Shown: piece after piece, positions 19,770 to 30,354 of the stretch | Position numbering within the stretch: the stretch's first letter is position 1 | How the letters are laid out: the number at the start of each line of letters is the position of its first letter | NCBI GenBank assembly: GCA_963785725.1 | Contig: CAWAWS010000004.1 | Coordinates: 1-64,000 of the forward strand | Direction of reading: 5' to 3' | Length of the DNA: 64,000 nt | Origin: an uncultured delta proteobacterium | Lineage (GTDB): Bacteria; Myxococcota_A; Polyangia; Palsa-1104 | Notes under the pieces: model-generated | What the model was told of the DNA's origin: nothing | Database searches by the model: none | Seen by the model: only the letters and a program-made list of their open reading frames with translations | Made by a program: the position numbers and the translations under genes

Positions 19770-21542
19770 ATGGATGGCGAATCACCGGTTGGGAACACGC
19801 CGGATGCATTGAAGTTTTCGAGCGTGGCCGACATCGACGATTTCGTGGCGCACCTCGGCAAATACGAGCGCGGCGAGATGACGTCGGACGAGTTCAAGGT
19901 CTACCGGCTCGGGCGCGGCACGTACGGGCAGCGGCAGCCGAACGTCAACATGTTGCGCATCAAGATTCCGCAAGGCGCGATGTCGGCGGCGCAGCTCGAG
20001 TGCGTGGCCGACGTCGCCGACGAGTATTCGCGCGGCTTCGGACACGTGACGACGCGGCAGAACATTCAGCTCCATTTCGTGCAGCTGTCGCGCGCGGCCG
20101 ACGCCATGCGCCGCTTCGACGAAGTCGGGCTGACGACGAAGGAGGCGTGTGGCAACACCGTTCGCAACGTCACGGCGTGCGCGCTCGCCGGCGTGTGCGG
20201 CGGCACCGCCTTCGACGTGACGCCGTACGGTCGCGCCGTGACGCGCTACTTCCTGCGCAACCCGATCTCGCAGGCGCTGCCGCGCAAGTTCAAGATCGCC
20301 CTCAGCGGCTGCGACGACGACTGCGCGCAAGGCGCCATCAACGACGTCGCGCTCTTCGCCAAGATCGAGGACGGCGTGCGCGGCTTCGAGGTGCGCGTCG
20401 GCGGCGGCTTGTCGACGTCGCCCGAGAACGCGCATGCGCTCGAAGCGTTCGTGCCGGCCGAGCGCTTGTTGCCGGTGATCGAAGCGGTGCTGCGCGTGTT
20501 CGATCGCATGGGCAACCGGCAGAACAAGTCGCGGGCGCGATTGAAGTACGTCATCCGCAAGATCGGCATGGACGCGTTCCGCGGCGAATACGCGACCGAG
20601 CTGGCGAAGATCGACGCCGACGGTCGCGGCCACGTCGCCATCGACGTCGGCGACGCGAGCGACGCCGTCCAGCCCGACGCGGTGTTGCGTCCGCGCGCGC
20701 CGGTGCGGCAGACGGCGGCCGAGGACGGCTTCGGCGAGTTCCTGCGCACCAACTGCGTCAAGCAGCTGCAGCCCGGCTACTACGCGGTGCTGGCGCGGCT
20801 CGATCGCGGCGACATCACGTCGGCGCAGATGCGCGGCGCGGCGCGGCTGGCGCGCCTGTTTTCCGACGGCACGCTGCGGCTCACCAACGAGCAGAACCTC
20901 GTCTTCCGCTTCGTGCCCGAGGCCAGCTTGTCGTCGCTGCACGCGGAGCTCGTCGCGATCGGGATCGGCCGGCCGGGCGCGCGCACGATTCGCGACGTCA
21001 CGTCGTGCCCGGGCGCCGACACGTGCAATCTGGCCGTGACGCGCTCGCGCGAGCTGACGACGGCGGTGTCCGACGCGCTCGACGCGACGACGGGCGCGAC
21101 GGCGGAGGCCGTGCGCGCGGCCGAAGCGCTCGACATCAAGATCTCGGGCTGCCCGAACTCGTGCGGTCAGCATCACATCGCGGCCTTCGGCTTTCACGGC
21201 ACGATGCGCCGCGTGGGAACGGCGACGGTGCCCGAGTATCAGCTGCACCTCGGCGGCGGCATCGATCGGCAAGGCGCGACGTTCGGGCGGCAGATCGTCA
21301 AAGTGCCGGCGCGACGCGTGCCGGCGACGGTGGTGCGGCTGCTCGAGCTGTACGCCAAGGACAAGCACGAAGGCGAGGCGGCGCTGGCCTACTTCCGTCG
21401 CGTCGAGCCGGACACGTTGAAGCGCGCGCTCGCCGACCTGACCGAGTTCGACGCGTCGACGGCCAAGCCCGAAGACTGGCTCGACCATGGCGACGAAGCG
21501 CCGTTCATCGTCGCCATCGGCCAAGGCGAATGCGCCGTCTGA
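19770..21542 (+). CDS. Siroheme nitrite/sulfite reductase
   Basis: TTRQNIQLH, LPRKFKIALSG, CPGADTCNL and SGCPNSCGQH cluster ligands, C-terminal GECAV. Confidence 0.93.
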   Translation: MDGESPVGNTPDALKFSSVADIDDFVAHLGKYERGEMTSDEFKVYRLGRGTYGQRQPNVNMLRIKIPQGAMSAAQLECVADVADEYSRGFGHVTTRQNIQLHFVQLSRAADAMRRFDEVGLTTKEACGNTVRNVTACALAGVCGGTAFDVTPYGRAVTRYFLRNPISQALPRKFKIALSGCDDDCAQGAINDVALFAKIEDGVRGFEVRVGGGLSTSPENAHALEAFVPAERLLPVIEAVLRVFDRMGNRQNKSRARLKYVIRKIGMDAFRGEYATELAKIDADGRGHVAIDVGDASDAVQPDAVLRPRAPVRQTAAEDGFGEFLRTNCVKQLQPGYYAVLARLDRGDITSAQMRGAARLARLFSDGTLRLTNEQNLVFRFVPEASLSSLHAELVAIGIGRPGARTIRDVTSCPGADTCNLAVTRSRELTTAVSDALDATTGATAEAVRAAEALDIKISGCPNSCGQHHIAAFGFHGTMRRVGTATVPEYQLHLGGGIDRQGATFGRQIVKVPARRVPATVVRLLELYAKDKHEGEAALAYFRRVEPDTLKRALADLTEFDASTAKPEDWLDHGDEAPFIVAIGQGECAV

Positions 21543-21781
21543 GCTGAGCGACCGACCCGCCCGCAGTCGCCGCCGCAAACAAACGCCGCTCACTTCCGCT
21601 GAATCGAGCCGAGCGTGCGCCGGCGCACGTTACAATTGTAATCTCCCGACGCCGCGAATGTGCGCGACGCAAGCGCGAGCGATCGTGAGTCGGCGATCGG
21701 CGTTCACCGTCGGAACTTTTCGTTGACGCTTCATTTGTAAGCTGAAAAACTCGTCTGCGGCGACTTGAGGAGACTTCTGTA

Positions 21782-22618
21782 ATGGCATCGCCGCAGCTTT
21801 CGGCGCTGCTGGCCGAGAGGCTCGCCGGGTATCGGAGCGCGTTCGAGCTCTCATGCGCCGGCCTGTTCAGTGCCGGCGCTTCGGTCACGCTCGAATACGA
21901 CGACGAAGACGACGGCGATGCGCGCACGTCGTCCTCGGGCGCGTCGCCGAGCACGGCCGACACGACGTTGAAAGACGCCGCCGACGCGTTCGACGAAGCG
22001 CCGACCGTCGCTCACACGCCCGACGCCGCGACGGTGAAGAAGGAAGTGGAGGCGGCGTTGCGCTTCATCGCCGCCGACTTCGCCGAGACGTTCAACAAGC
22101 GGCTGTCCGAGCTGGCGCTGATCGATCCGGTCGCCGAGGCGGTGGCGCCGCGTTACGAGTTCGGGCCGCAGCACATCGCCGACATCGGCACGGCGCTCAG
22201 CGACTCGGTGGCGACGCTGCTGGCGAAGCTGGAGGCGCGCGATCTCGACGGCGCGCGCCGCGCCTCGATCGACGCGTGGACGCCGCTCGAACGACGCATT
22301 CGCGAGAAGTGGCAGTCCTATTTCGTCTTCACCTTCCAAGATCTGTCGGTCGAGCTCAAGGCGGAGCGCGATCGCAAGCGCACGAAGTCGTCGGGCGTCG
22401 AGCGCGCGGCGATCGAGGCGCTGGCGACGAGCAACGCCGCTCGCGACGCGCTGTCCGACTTCGCCGCGCCGCGCACGTGGGAGCGGCCGCCGGCGCGCAG
22501 CGCGCTGTCGCCATGGCTGGCCGTCGTCGCGCTGCTCGCCGTCGCTGCCGCGGGCGGCTGGCTGTTGGCGCACAGCTTCGGCCATCGCGCTCCGCCGCCC
22601 AACAGCAGCCAGCACTAA
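21782..22618 (+). CDS. Hypothetical protein with C-terminal TM helix
   Basis: 278-aa ORF with typical codon bias; WLAVVALLAVAAAGGWLL near the C-terminus. Confidence 0.7.
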   Translation: MASPQLSALLAERLAGYRSAFELSCAGLFSAGASVTLEYDDEDDGDARTSSSGASPSTADTTLKDAADAFDEAPTVAHTPDAATVKKEVEAALRFIAADFAETFNKRLSELALIDPVAEAVAPRYEFGPQHIADIGTALSDSVATLLAKLEARDLDGARRASIDAWTPLERRIREKWQSYFVFTFQDLSVELKAERDRKRTKSSGVERAAIEALATSNAARDALSDFAAPRTWERPPARSALSPWLAVVALLAVAAAGGWLLAHSFGHRAPPPNSSQH

Positions 22619-22750
22619 TCAGCGAGCACGCCGACGCGCGTTGCGCGCTCGATCGAGAACCGTGATCGGCCATTTAGCCGAAGCATTACAGCGCTGCCAC
22701 GTTCCAACTGCAGCGCAACGGCCCGAGTCGAGCTAACATCTCAGCCGCGT

Positions 22751-24208
22751 ATGTCGATTCTCGTTACCTGCTCGCTCGTGCTCGCCGCGCTGGTGATCGT
22801 GCTCGCCGTCGTCGGCCGGCGGTCGCGACAGCTCGAACGCTCGCGCGCCATGCGCCTTTTTCGCGTCGGGCAGCTGTCGGCGCGGCTCTCGACGAGCTGG
22901 CTGGGCGCGCGACTGCGCCAGCGCTTCAGCTCGCCCGAGCGGCGCGAGCGCATCGACGCCGAGCGCCGCCGCCAAGTCGCCGCCACCGTCGCCGACACGA
23001 TGGGCCACATGAAGGGCGCGTTCATGAAGCTCGGGCAGATGCTCAGCTTCGTCAGCGACGACGTCCCCGAAGAGTTCCGCACGGCGCTCGAGTCCTTGCA
23101 GACGGCGGCGCCGGCGATGGACTTCGCGCTTTTGCGGGCGACGCTCGAAGAGGAGCTGCAGCGGCCGCTCGAGCGCGCGTTCGCGACGTTCGACGAGAAG
23201 CCGCTGGCGTCGGCGTCGATCGGCCAAGTGCACCGCGCGACCTTGCCGAGCGGCGAGGAAGTGGCCGTCAAGATCCAATACCCCGGCGTCGCCGTGGCCA
23301 TCGCCGGCGATCTCGACAACGGCGCGCTGCTCTATCGCCTCATCTCGCCCATGTTTCCCGGCGTCGACACCGAGGCCGTCGTCGACGAGCTGCGCGGCCG
23401 CATCGGCGAGGAGCTCGACTACGCGCGCGAGGCCGACAATCAGCGCGAGTTCATCCGTTTGTACGACGGCCACCCGTTCATCCGCATTCCGCGCGTCATC
23501 GCCAGCCACTCGACGAAGCGCGTGCTCACCACCGAATTCATCCACGGCCGCCGCTTCGCCGACGTCTGCGCCGACGACGAGGCCGCGCGCCATCGCTACG
23601 GCGAAATAATCTTCCGCTTCGTCTTCGGCAGCATCGTGCGTCACGGCGTCTTCAACGGCGATCCGCACCCCGGCAACTACCTGTTCGACGACGAGGGCCG
23701 CGTCGTCTTCCTCGACTTCGGCTGCGTCAAATATTTCCCGTCGGAGATGCGGCAAAACTGGCGCGCATTGGTCCGCGCGCACCTGTCGAACGATCCGGCG
23801 ACGTTCGCGCGTCAGCTGGTGGCGTTGACGTTCATCCCGTCGCTGGACGGCTTCGATCCGGCGGTGCTCTTCGAATATTTCGGCTACTTCTACGAGCCGA
23901 TCCAAGAGGACCGCGAGTTCGCCTTCAGCCGCGCGTACAACGCGCGATCGTTCAAGCAGATCTTCAAGCCCGACGGCAAGTTCGGCGGCCTGTCGAAGCA
24001 GCTCAACATGCCGCGCGACTTCGTGTTCGTGAACCGCATTCAGTGGGGCGTGCACTCGATCTTGGCGCACTTGGGCGCGCGCGCGAACTTCCACCGCATC
24101 CAGCGCGAGCTCCTGTTCGGCGATCCGCCGTCGAGCGAGCTCGGCCGCATCGACGAGCGCTTCCGCGCCGACGTGCAGAAGCTCGAGCCGACGATCAAGT
24201 CCGCTTAA
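22751..24208 (+). CDS. ABC1/AarF/UbiB-family atypical kinase
   Basis: [52 protein letters not shown]. Confidence 0.94.
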   Translation: MSILVTCSLVLAALVIVLAVVGRRSRQLERSRAMRLFRVGQLSARLSTSWLGARLRQRFSSPERRERIDAERRRQVAATVADTMGHMKGAFMKLGQMLSFVSDDVPEEFRTALESLQTAAPAMDFALLRATLEEELQRPLERAFATFDEKPLASASIGQVHRATLPSGEEVAVKIQYPGVAVAIAGDLDNGALLYRLISPMFPGVDTEAVVDELRGRIGEELDYAREADNQREFIRLYDGHPFIRIPRVIASHSTKRVLTTEFIHGRRFADVCADDEAARHRYGEIIFRFVFGSIVRHGVFNGDPHPGNYLFDDEGRVVFLDFGCVKYFPSEMRQNWRALVRAHLSNDPATFARQLVALTFIPSLDGFDPAVLFEYFGYFYEPIQEDREFAFSRAYNARSFKQIFKPDGKFGGLSKQLNMPRDFVFVNRIQWGVHSILAHLGARANFHRIQRELLFGDPPSSELGRIDERFRADVQKLEPTIKSA

Positions 24209-24567
24209 GACGAAGGGGTGGTCAGCCGAACGGCGGTGTAGCTCGGATTGCCCGGACAGGGCGGATGCAGCTTGCGCAGCTCGATCGTGATCTGCGCCTG
24301 CGGCCAGCGCGCAGCAATTTCACGCAGCATCGCCGCCGCCAGCGCTTCGAGCAGCTTGAACGGCCGCGCCTCGCCGATCTGCACGACGATCTCGCACACG
24401 TCGCGGTAGTTGACGGTCTCGGTCAGCCGATCGGTCTCGGCGGCCTTGGCCATGGGGATGGTCAAGTCGACGTCGACCTGAAAGCGGCGTGACGACCGGC
24501 GCTCGTCGGCGGACGCGCCGTGCTTGCCCTGAAACTCGACGTTGCGAATGTGGACGCTGCCCATCAC
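24205..24567 (-). CDS. folB: Dihydroneopterin aldolase
   Basis: FQGKHG..ER..RFQVDVDL, TVNY, LLEALA, ELRKLHPP. Confidence 0.9.
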   Translation of the reverse strand: MMGSVHIRNVEFQGKHGASADERRSSRRFQVDVDLTIPMAKAAETDRLTETVNYRDVCEIVVQIGEARPFKLLEALAAAMLREIAARWPQAQITIELRKLHPPCPGNPSYTAVRLTTPSS

Positions 24568-24604
24568 GACGACTGATTCCGATCTAAGCCGAAGCGCGCG
24601 GCCA

Positions 24605-25147
24605 CTATTCGCCTTGCGCTTGCAGCTCTTCGGCCTCTTCGTCGGTCATGCGCTCCATCTTGCGCTTGATCATCTGCCGCTTGATGGGACCGACGTAGTC
24701 GATGAGGAGCTTGTTCTGCAAGTGGTCGTTTTCATGCTGCATTGCTCGCGCGTACAGCCCTTCGCCCTCGGCCACGAATTCGTGACCGTCGAGACCGGTG
24801 GCGCGAATCCGCGCGCGCAGCGAGCGCTTGATCGGCACGTAAATGCCGGGAAACGACAGGCAGCCCTCGTCGGACACTTCGGTGTCGTCGGACAGCCACT
24901 CGATCTTGGGGTTGATGAAGACGATCGGGTGATCGTTCTCGTCGCCGCCCGCGACCGAAGCCTCGACGATGAAGATGCGATGGTCGCTGCCGACCTGGAT
25001 CGCGGCCAAGCCAGCGCCGTTCTTGGCGTACATGGTCTCGACCATGTCGCCCACGAGCTTGCGGACACCGTCGTCGACGGTCTCCACGTGAGTCGTCGGC
25101 TGGCGGAGGAAGTTATCGGGATACTTGACGATCGGGCGAAGCGCCAT
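24605..25147 (-). CDS. def: Peptide deformylase
   Basis: GAGLAAIQVG, EGCLSFP, QHENDHL. Confidence 0.96.
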   Translation of the reverse strand: MALRPIVKYPDNFLRQPTTHVETVDDGVRKLVGDMVETMYAKNGAGLAAIQVGSDHRIFIVEASVAGGDENDHPIVFINPKIEWLSDDTEVSDEGCLSFPGIYVPIKRSLRARIRATGLDGHEFVAEGEGLYARAMQHENDHLQNKLLIDYVGPIKRQMIKRKMERMTDEEAEELQAQGE

Positions 25148-25175
25148 CTGCCTTCCTAAACGCGTAACGTCCGCG

Positions 25176-25203
25176 TTGACAATCACCGAGTGTAATCTAC
25201 GAT
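25176..25203 (+). promoter_or_regulatory. Sigma70-type promoter for ribA
   Basis: TTGACA-N16-TACGAT about 22 bp before ATG 25226. Confidence 0.55.
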
Positions 25204-25225
25204 AACTCCTCGATCAAGGCAGGCA

Positions 25226-25843
25226 ATGTCATCAGGTGTAACAGCGATTTCGCGCTATTCCGAAGCGACCATTCCTACGACCCACGGCAAGCTGACCGTC
25301 GTCGTCTATCGCGAAGACGGGCCGCGGCCCGAAGAGCACGAGCATATGGCGATCGTGGCCGGACCGCTCGACCAGCTGCACGGCGGCGAGCCGATGTTGG
25401 CGCGCGTGCACTCCGAGTGCTGGACGGGCGAGACGCTGGGCTCGCTCAAGTGTGACTGCCGCGAGCAGCTCGACGGCGCGCTGGCGGCGATCGAGGCGGC
25501 CGGCCGCGGCGTCATCGTCTATTTACGGCAGGAAGGGCGCGGTATCGGCCTCGGCAACAAGATCGCCGCCTATGCGCTGCAGGCCGAAGGCGCGGACACG
25601 GTCGAGGCCAACGAGCAGCTCGGTTTCGCAGCCGATCTGCGCAGTTACGACTTGGCGGCGGCGATTTTTCGCGACCTCGGCGTCGATCGGGTCGCGCTCA
25701 TGACGAACAATCCCGACAAGTGCGCCGGCTTGGAAAAGGCGGGCATCGTCGTGGCCGAGCGCGTGCCACATTGGGGTGGTCCCAACGAGCACAACCGCGA
25801 TTATTTGCAGGTCAAACGCGACAAATTGGGGCATCACGCCTAG
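25226..25843 (+). CDS. ribA: GTP cyclohydrolase II
   Basis: RVHSECWTGE..SLKCDCREQL, YLRQEGRGIGL, MTNNPDK. Confidence 0.96.
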   Translation: MSSGVTAISRYSEATIPTTHGKLTVVVYREDGPRPEEHEHMAIVAGPLDQLHGGEPMLARVHSECWTGETLGSLKCDCREQLDGALAAIEAAGRGVIVYLRQEGRGIGLGNKIAAYALQAEGADTVEANEQLGFAADLRSYDLAAAIFRDLGVDRVALMTNNPDKCAGLEKAGIVVAERVPHWGGPNEHNRDYLQVKRDKLGHHA

Positions 25844-25921
25844 GGGCTGTTCTCAATTGGCGGACCGAGCCAAGCGCCCGCAGCAAGCTTGGCGACGGGA
25901 GCTGATTGAGAACAGCCCCTA
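25841..25921. mobile_element. MITE-like element, short internally deleted copy (81 bp)
   Basis: Same terminal inverted repeat TAGGGGCTGTTCTCAAT/ATTGAGAACAGCCCCTA; both arms match the 7622-7781 copy in opposite orientation. Confidence 0.85.
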
Positions 25922-25982
25922 GCGTCGTTTGCACCTGCTGTACTCGTAATCGTTCGAAAACTGCACGTACGAAAGAGGACCG

Positions 25983-27078
25983 ATGGCCATCGATGTAGAG
26001 AAGATTCGCGCGGCGCTGACGAAGGTGACGGATCCGCTGTTCGGCAAGGACATGGTGACGCTCGGCTACATCAAAGAGCTGACCGCCGACGGGGACATCG
26101 CGCGCATCACGCTCAAGCTGCCGACGCCGGCGCATCCGCACAAAGCGGCGCTGGAGAGCGAGGTCGCCGAGGCGGCGCGCGGCGCGGGCGCCGTCGGGGT
26201 CGAAGATCGACGTCACGGCCGAGGTCACGCAGCGCGTGAGCAAGCCGGGCGGCGATCGCTTGGCGGGCGTCAAGAACATCATCGCCGTCGCGGCCGGCAA
26301 AGGCGGCGTCGGCAAGTCGACGGTGGCGACGAACCTCGCGCTGGCGCTCAGGCAGCACGGCGCGACGGTCGGTCTGCTCGACGCCGACGTGTACGGTCCG
26401 TCGGTGCCGACGATGCTCGGCGAGCCCGATGTGCCGCCGGGACAGCAGACGGGGCAGAAGATCACGCCCGCGATCCACTGGGGCATCAAGGTGATCTCGG
26501 TCGGCTTCTTCGTCGAGCGCGAAGGCGCGGTCGTGTGGCGCGGGCCGATGGTCCACAAGCTCCTGCAGCAGTTCATCGAGGACGTCGAGTGGGGCGAGCT
26601 CGACTACCTGGTCATGGATCTGCCGCCCGGCACCGGCGACGCGCAGCTGTCGTTGTCGCAGCTGATCCCGATCACGGGCGCGGTGATGGTGACCACGCCG
26701 CAAGAGGTCGCGCTCATCGACGTGGTCAAGGCGGTCTCGATGTTCAAGAAGGTCGAGATCCCGATCCTCGGCGTCGTCGAGAACATGAGCTACTACGTGT
26801 GCCCGGCGTGCGGCCACAACGACGAGATCTTCTCGCGCGGCGGCGGCAAGAAGCTGGCGAAGGAGATCGGCACCATCTTCTTCGGCGAGGTGCCGATCGA
26901 CGCCAAGGTCCGCTACGGCGGTGACTCGGGACGGCCGGTCGTCGTCGGTGCGCCGGAGTCGGAGCACGCCAAGATCTTCATGGAGCTGGCGGCGAAAGTG
27001 GCCGGCGAAGTGGCCAAGCTCAACGGTCCGGGCGGCGGCACGGGACGGCGCGCGCCGGGGTTGGTGCAGATCCGATGA
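25983..27078 (+). CDS. apbC: Mrp/ApbC/NBP35 Fe-S cluster carrier ATPase; +1 frameshift near 26202
   Basis: N-terminal DUF59-like VTDPLFGKDMVTLG; GKGGVGKSTV, DADVYGPS, WRGPM, DLPPGTGD, ENMSYYVCPACG in the downstream frame. Confidence 0.88.
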
Positions 27079-28357
27079 CGTCGTCGGCTGCGGAAAAACT
27101 CGATATCAAAGTATCGGAAACGCAGCTGTTGGCCGATCTGGAGCGGCTCGGGCGCATCGGGCTCGGCGCCGACGGCGGCATTACGCGGCGGGCGCTGTCG
27201 CGCGAGGACGCCGAGGCGCGCGGCTACGTCGCCGAGCGCATGCGCGCGGCCGGGCTCGACGTGCGTCACGACGAGGTCGGCAACTTGCGCGCGCGACGGC
27301 CGGCGCGCGACGGCGCGACCTGGAATTCGCCGGCCCACGTCGTCATGACCGGCTCGCACCTCGACTCGGTGCCGTCGGGCGGCAAGCTCGACGGCCCGCT
27401 CGGCGTCGTCGGCGCGCTGTGCCGCGATCGAGGCGCTGAACGCCGCCGGCGTGCAGACCGACGCGGCCGATCGAGATCGTCGTGTTCGTCGGCGAAGAGG
27501 GGTCGCGCTTTCGCCGCGGCACCATCGGCTCGGCGGCGCTGTCGGGCCATGTCGCGGTCGCGCGATATCTTGGCGCTCGTCGATCCCGACGGCATCGTCT
27601 ATCGCGACGCGCTGGCGACATACGGCGATACGGGCGCGGCGATTCCGGCGCGCGTCGAGCCGGGCGCGATTCACGCGTTCGTCGAGCTGCACGTCGAGCA
27701 GGGCGGCGTGCTCGAGGCCAGCCGCACCGATATCGGCGCGGTCGACCGACGATCGCCGGTCTGGTCCAGCACACGGTGACGTTCCACGGCGACGCCAACC
27801 ACGCGGGCGCGACGCCGATGCATCTGCGGCGCGATGCGCTCTTGGCCGCGGCGCAGTGGGCGCTCGGCATCGAGCGCGCGGCGCGCGAGGTCGGCGGCGG
27901 CGCCGTCGGCACCGTCGGCAAAATGACGGTCGAGCCGGGCGGCAAGAACATCATTCCCGGTCGCGTCGACGCCATCTGCGACTTGCGCGCGCCGACGCCG
28001 GAGCTGTTGACGGCGCTGGCGGGTTTCGTGATCTCGTCGCTGCATGGCATCGGCGAGCAGCGCGGCGTCGAAGTGGAGCAGCAGCTGCTTCAGCGCGTCG
28101 AGCCGGGGCCGATGCACGAGCTGGCGATTTCGGCGGTCGAGCGCGCGGCGGCGGCGGCGGGGCTGACGTCGCGGCGGATGCCGTCGGGCGCCATTCACGA
28201 CGCGCTGCACGTGGCCGAAGTGGCGCCGGCGTCGATGATCTTCGTGCCGTCGATCGGCGGCAAGTCGCACTGCCCGACGGAAGCGACCGACACGCGCGAT
28301 CTCGTGCGCGGCGTCGACGTCCTCGCGCGCACGCTCGCCATCCTCGCCAACGATTAG
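27075..28357 (+). CDS. M20 Zn amidase (allantoate amidohydrolase/N-carbamoylase family), about five single-base insertions
   Basis: GSHLDSVPSGGKLDGPLGV, EEGSRF, ELHVEQG, ANHAGATPM, SGAIHDA, SHCPTE split over frames; extra bases near 27420, 27460, 27563 and two near 27745. Confidence 0.85.
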
Positions 28358-28369
28358 TCGCGCTGACGT

Positions 28370-28888
28370 TTATGTCGTCGCAGTCGTCGTCGCGGCCGCC
28401 GCGGTCGTCGCCGTCGTCGTGCTGACGGAGCCGAGCGCGCTGTTGATGATGTCGGCCAGCGACGACTGCTGACTGTCGCCCGACGACGACTGCGCGGCGT
28501 AGCTGCCGGCGCCGCGATGGTGCCCGCCGCCGTGATGGTGCCCTTGGCTCGGCTGCAGCCCCGACGTATTGCCCGTGGTCGCCGCTTGTTGGAACTTTTG
28601 CGCCAAGTCGTCGAGCTTCTGACCCTGCGCGCCGCCCACTTGTTGCGCCTCGGTCTGCAGGTCGCTGGCGATCGTCCCCATGACCTGCTTGGCCGCGCTC
28701 GGATCGGTCTGCGCCAGGCTCTGCAGCTTGCTCATGGCTTGCGCCAACGGCGACAGCTGCGCGCTCGTGCTGCTGCCGTCCGCGCTGGCGTCGACGGAGG
28801 CTGTGGGGGCGATGGATGCGGTCGTGCTCATGCTGCCGATGCCGAGAGTGCTGTCGATGCTGGAGCCGCTAATGGAAGAAACGCTCAT
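28370..28888 (-). CDS. Hypothetical Ser/Gln/Thr-rich protein with His cluster
   Basis: MSVSSISGSS N-terminus, AQLSPLAQ motif, GHHHGGGHH; GAGGTG RBS. Confidence 0.75.
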   Translation of the reverse strand: MSVSSISGSSIDSTLGIGSMSTTASIAPTASVDASADGSSTSAQLSPLAQAMSKLQSLAQTDPSAAKQVMGTIASDLQTEAQQVGGAQGQKLDDLAQKFQQAATTGNTSGLQPSQGHHHGGGHHRGAGSYAAQSSSGDSQQSSLADIINSALGSVSTTTATTAAAATTTATT

Positions 28889-28908
28889 GATGGTTCACCT
28901 CGAAATCG

Positions 28909-28935
28909 GCATCGACCGCGGCTTCTGAAACTTGA
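28909..28935 (-). promoter_or_regulatory. Possible sigma28 (FliA)-type promoter
   Basis: TCAA-N15-GTCGATGC, followed by an overlapping GCCGAT, about 20 bp before ATG 28888. Confidence 0.45.
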
Positions 28936-29062
28936 GGGCCGATTTTTCGCGGCTGATTCTCGCGCTCCCACGCTTTTTCGCGCTGTCTGGAGAGACGAGG
29001 TCGCGCCGCCTGCGGTTCCGCGAGTTGCGCGCGAAGTCAGGCGCACGTGTCGGTGTGGTTGG

Positions 29063-29515
29063 CTACTGCGCGCGCTGGTGGGCGGCCGTGTCGAGGAAGC
29101 GCACGCGTCGATCGCTGCCGCGCAGCGCCCGCATCGCGCGCACGCCGGTCGCCGCCCAGCCGAGCAGCAGCAACATCGCGATGGGGATGACGGCCAGCGA
29201 CGCCAGGCCCAGCGCGGCCGCGCCCAGCGTGATCCACACGAGCGGCAGCCACAGCTTGCGGATCTCCGCGCTGTCGCGGCGCTGGCAGCGCGGGCAGCGC
29301 ACGACGCGAATCAGCAGCGCCGCGTCGCGCTGCGCCTCGGTCTCGGCGAGAAACTTCGCGTCGGAGCTGCCTTGCTCGAGGATGAACCGCTGCTCGCTGA
29401 CCAGGCTGTGGCCCGACACCAGCGCCGGCGACACCACGCCGCAATGCGGACACGTATGATCGAGCTCGACCTCGACGCTCGCTTTGGCCGTGGTGACCGT
29501 CTGCGGAATGATCAT
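29063..29515 (-). CDS. Hypothetical Zn-ribbon membrane protein
   Basis: CPHCG and CPRC motifs followed by two hydrophobic segments. Confidence 0.7.
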   Translation of the reverse strand: MIIPQTVTTAKASVEVELDHTCPHCGVVSPALVSGHSLVSEQRFILEQGSSDAKFLAETEAQRDAALLIRVVRCPRCQRRDSAEIRKLWLPLVWITLGAAALGLASLAVIPIAMLLLLGWAATGVRAMRALRGSDRRVRFLDTAAHQRAQ

Positions 29516-29694
29516 GAGGCAGCGTACTGCGAAGGCCGCGCCGCAGCAGTGCCGACGATCACGGCGTTCGTCAGACCAGCCCTGAATGGCCGATGGTCAT
29601 TCGCGATAGGCCGCGACCTTCGAGCGAGCGAAGCACCGCCTGATTGATCGAGGCTAAATCAGGGCGCGATTCGCGAGCGCGGAGCGATCCTGGT

Positions 29695-30354
29695 TTAGTT
29701 GAGCGGGCCTTCGTGCGGCGTCAGGCGCGTCAAGATCGTCGCGATCTCGGCGCCGACGCGATCGACGCGCGCCGAGACGTCGGCCATCTCCAAGAGCGCC
29801 TGGCGATCGTCGGGATCGGTCACGAGCGCCGAGGCGAGCACGTCGACGAGCGCGCTGGCGTCGGGCTGCGCTTGCACGAGTTCGCGCAGGGTCTCGCCGC
29901 CCGACGGCAGCTTGCGCGCCAGCTGCTCGGCCAAGACGAGCAGCGTGTCGCGCGCGGCGTCGCGATCGAAGCGCGGCGGATAGGCGTCGACGAGCGCGCT
30001 GGCGTCGACGAGGCGATAGGCTTCGGCCGGCGGCAGCTCGTGATCGATCGTCGCCCGCGCGATGCCGCGCAAGAGAATGTTGGAGCGACCGCCCTCGAGC
30101 GGCTCGTGGCCGACGACCTCGCCGATGCCGATGATGGTGCGCACCGTCGGACGGCCGTGATAATCGTCGCCGTAGCCGGGCTCGAGTGCGGCGATGGCGA
30201 TGAGCCGCTCGCCGGCGAGCGCGTCCTTGACCAGCGCCCGATAGCGCGGCTCGAAGATGTGCAGCGGCAAGAGCGCGTGTGGGAACAGCTGCACTTGTGG
30301 CAGCGGGAAGATCGGCAGCCGCCGCCAGCGCTGCAGGGAATCAGCCGAAGACAT
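29695..30354 (-). CDS. LON peptidase substrate-binding domain protein
   Basis: LPIFPLPQVQLFPHALLPLHIFEPRYRALV. Confidence 0.9.
   Translation of the reverse strand: MSSADSLQRWRRLPIFPLPQVQLFPHALLPLHIFEPRYRALVKDALAGERLIAIAALEPGYGDDYHGRPTVRTIIGIGEVVGHEPLEGGRSNILLRGIARATIDHELPPAEAYRLVDASALVDAYPPRFDRDAARDTLLVLAEQLARKLPSGGETLRELVQAQPDASALVDVLASALVTDPDDRQALLEMADVSARVDRVGAEIATILTRLTPHEGPLN

Noticed and set aside
26190..27760. Programmed ribosomal frameshifting
   Set aside because: No slippery heptamers, and too many lesions in ordinary enzymes
29575..29695. Further REP-like hairpins (CCTGATT..AATCAGG)
   Set aside because: Short stems, and no second copy found in the window
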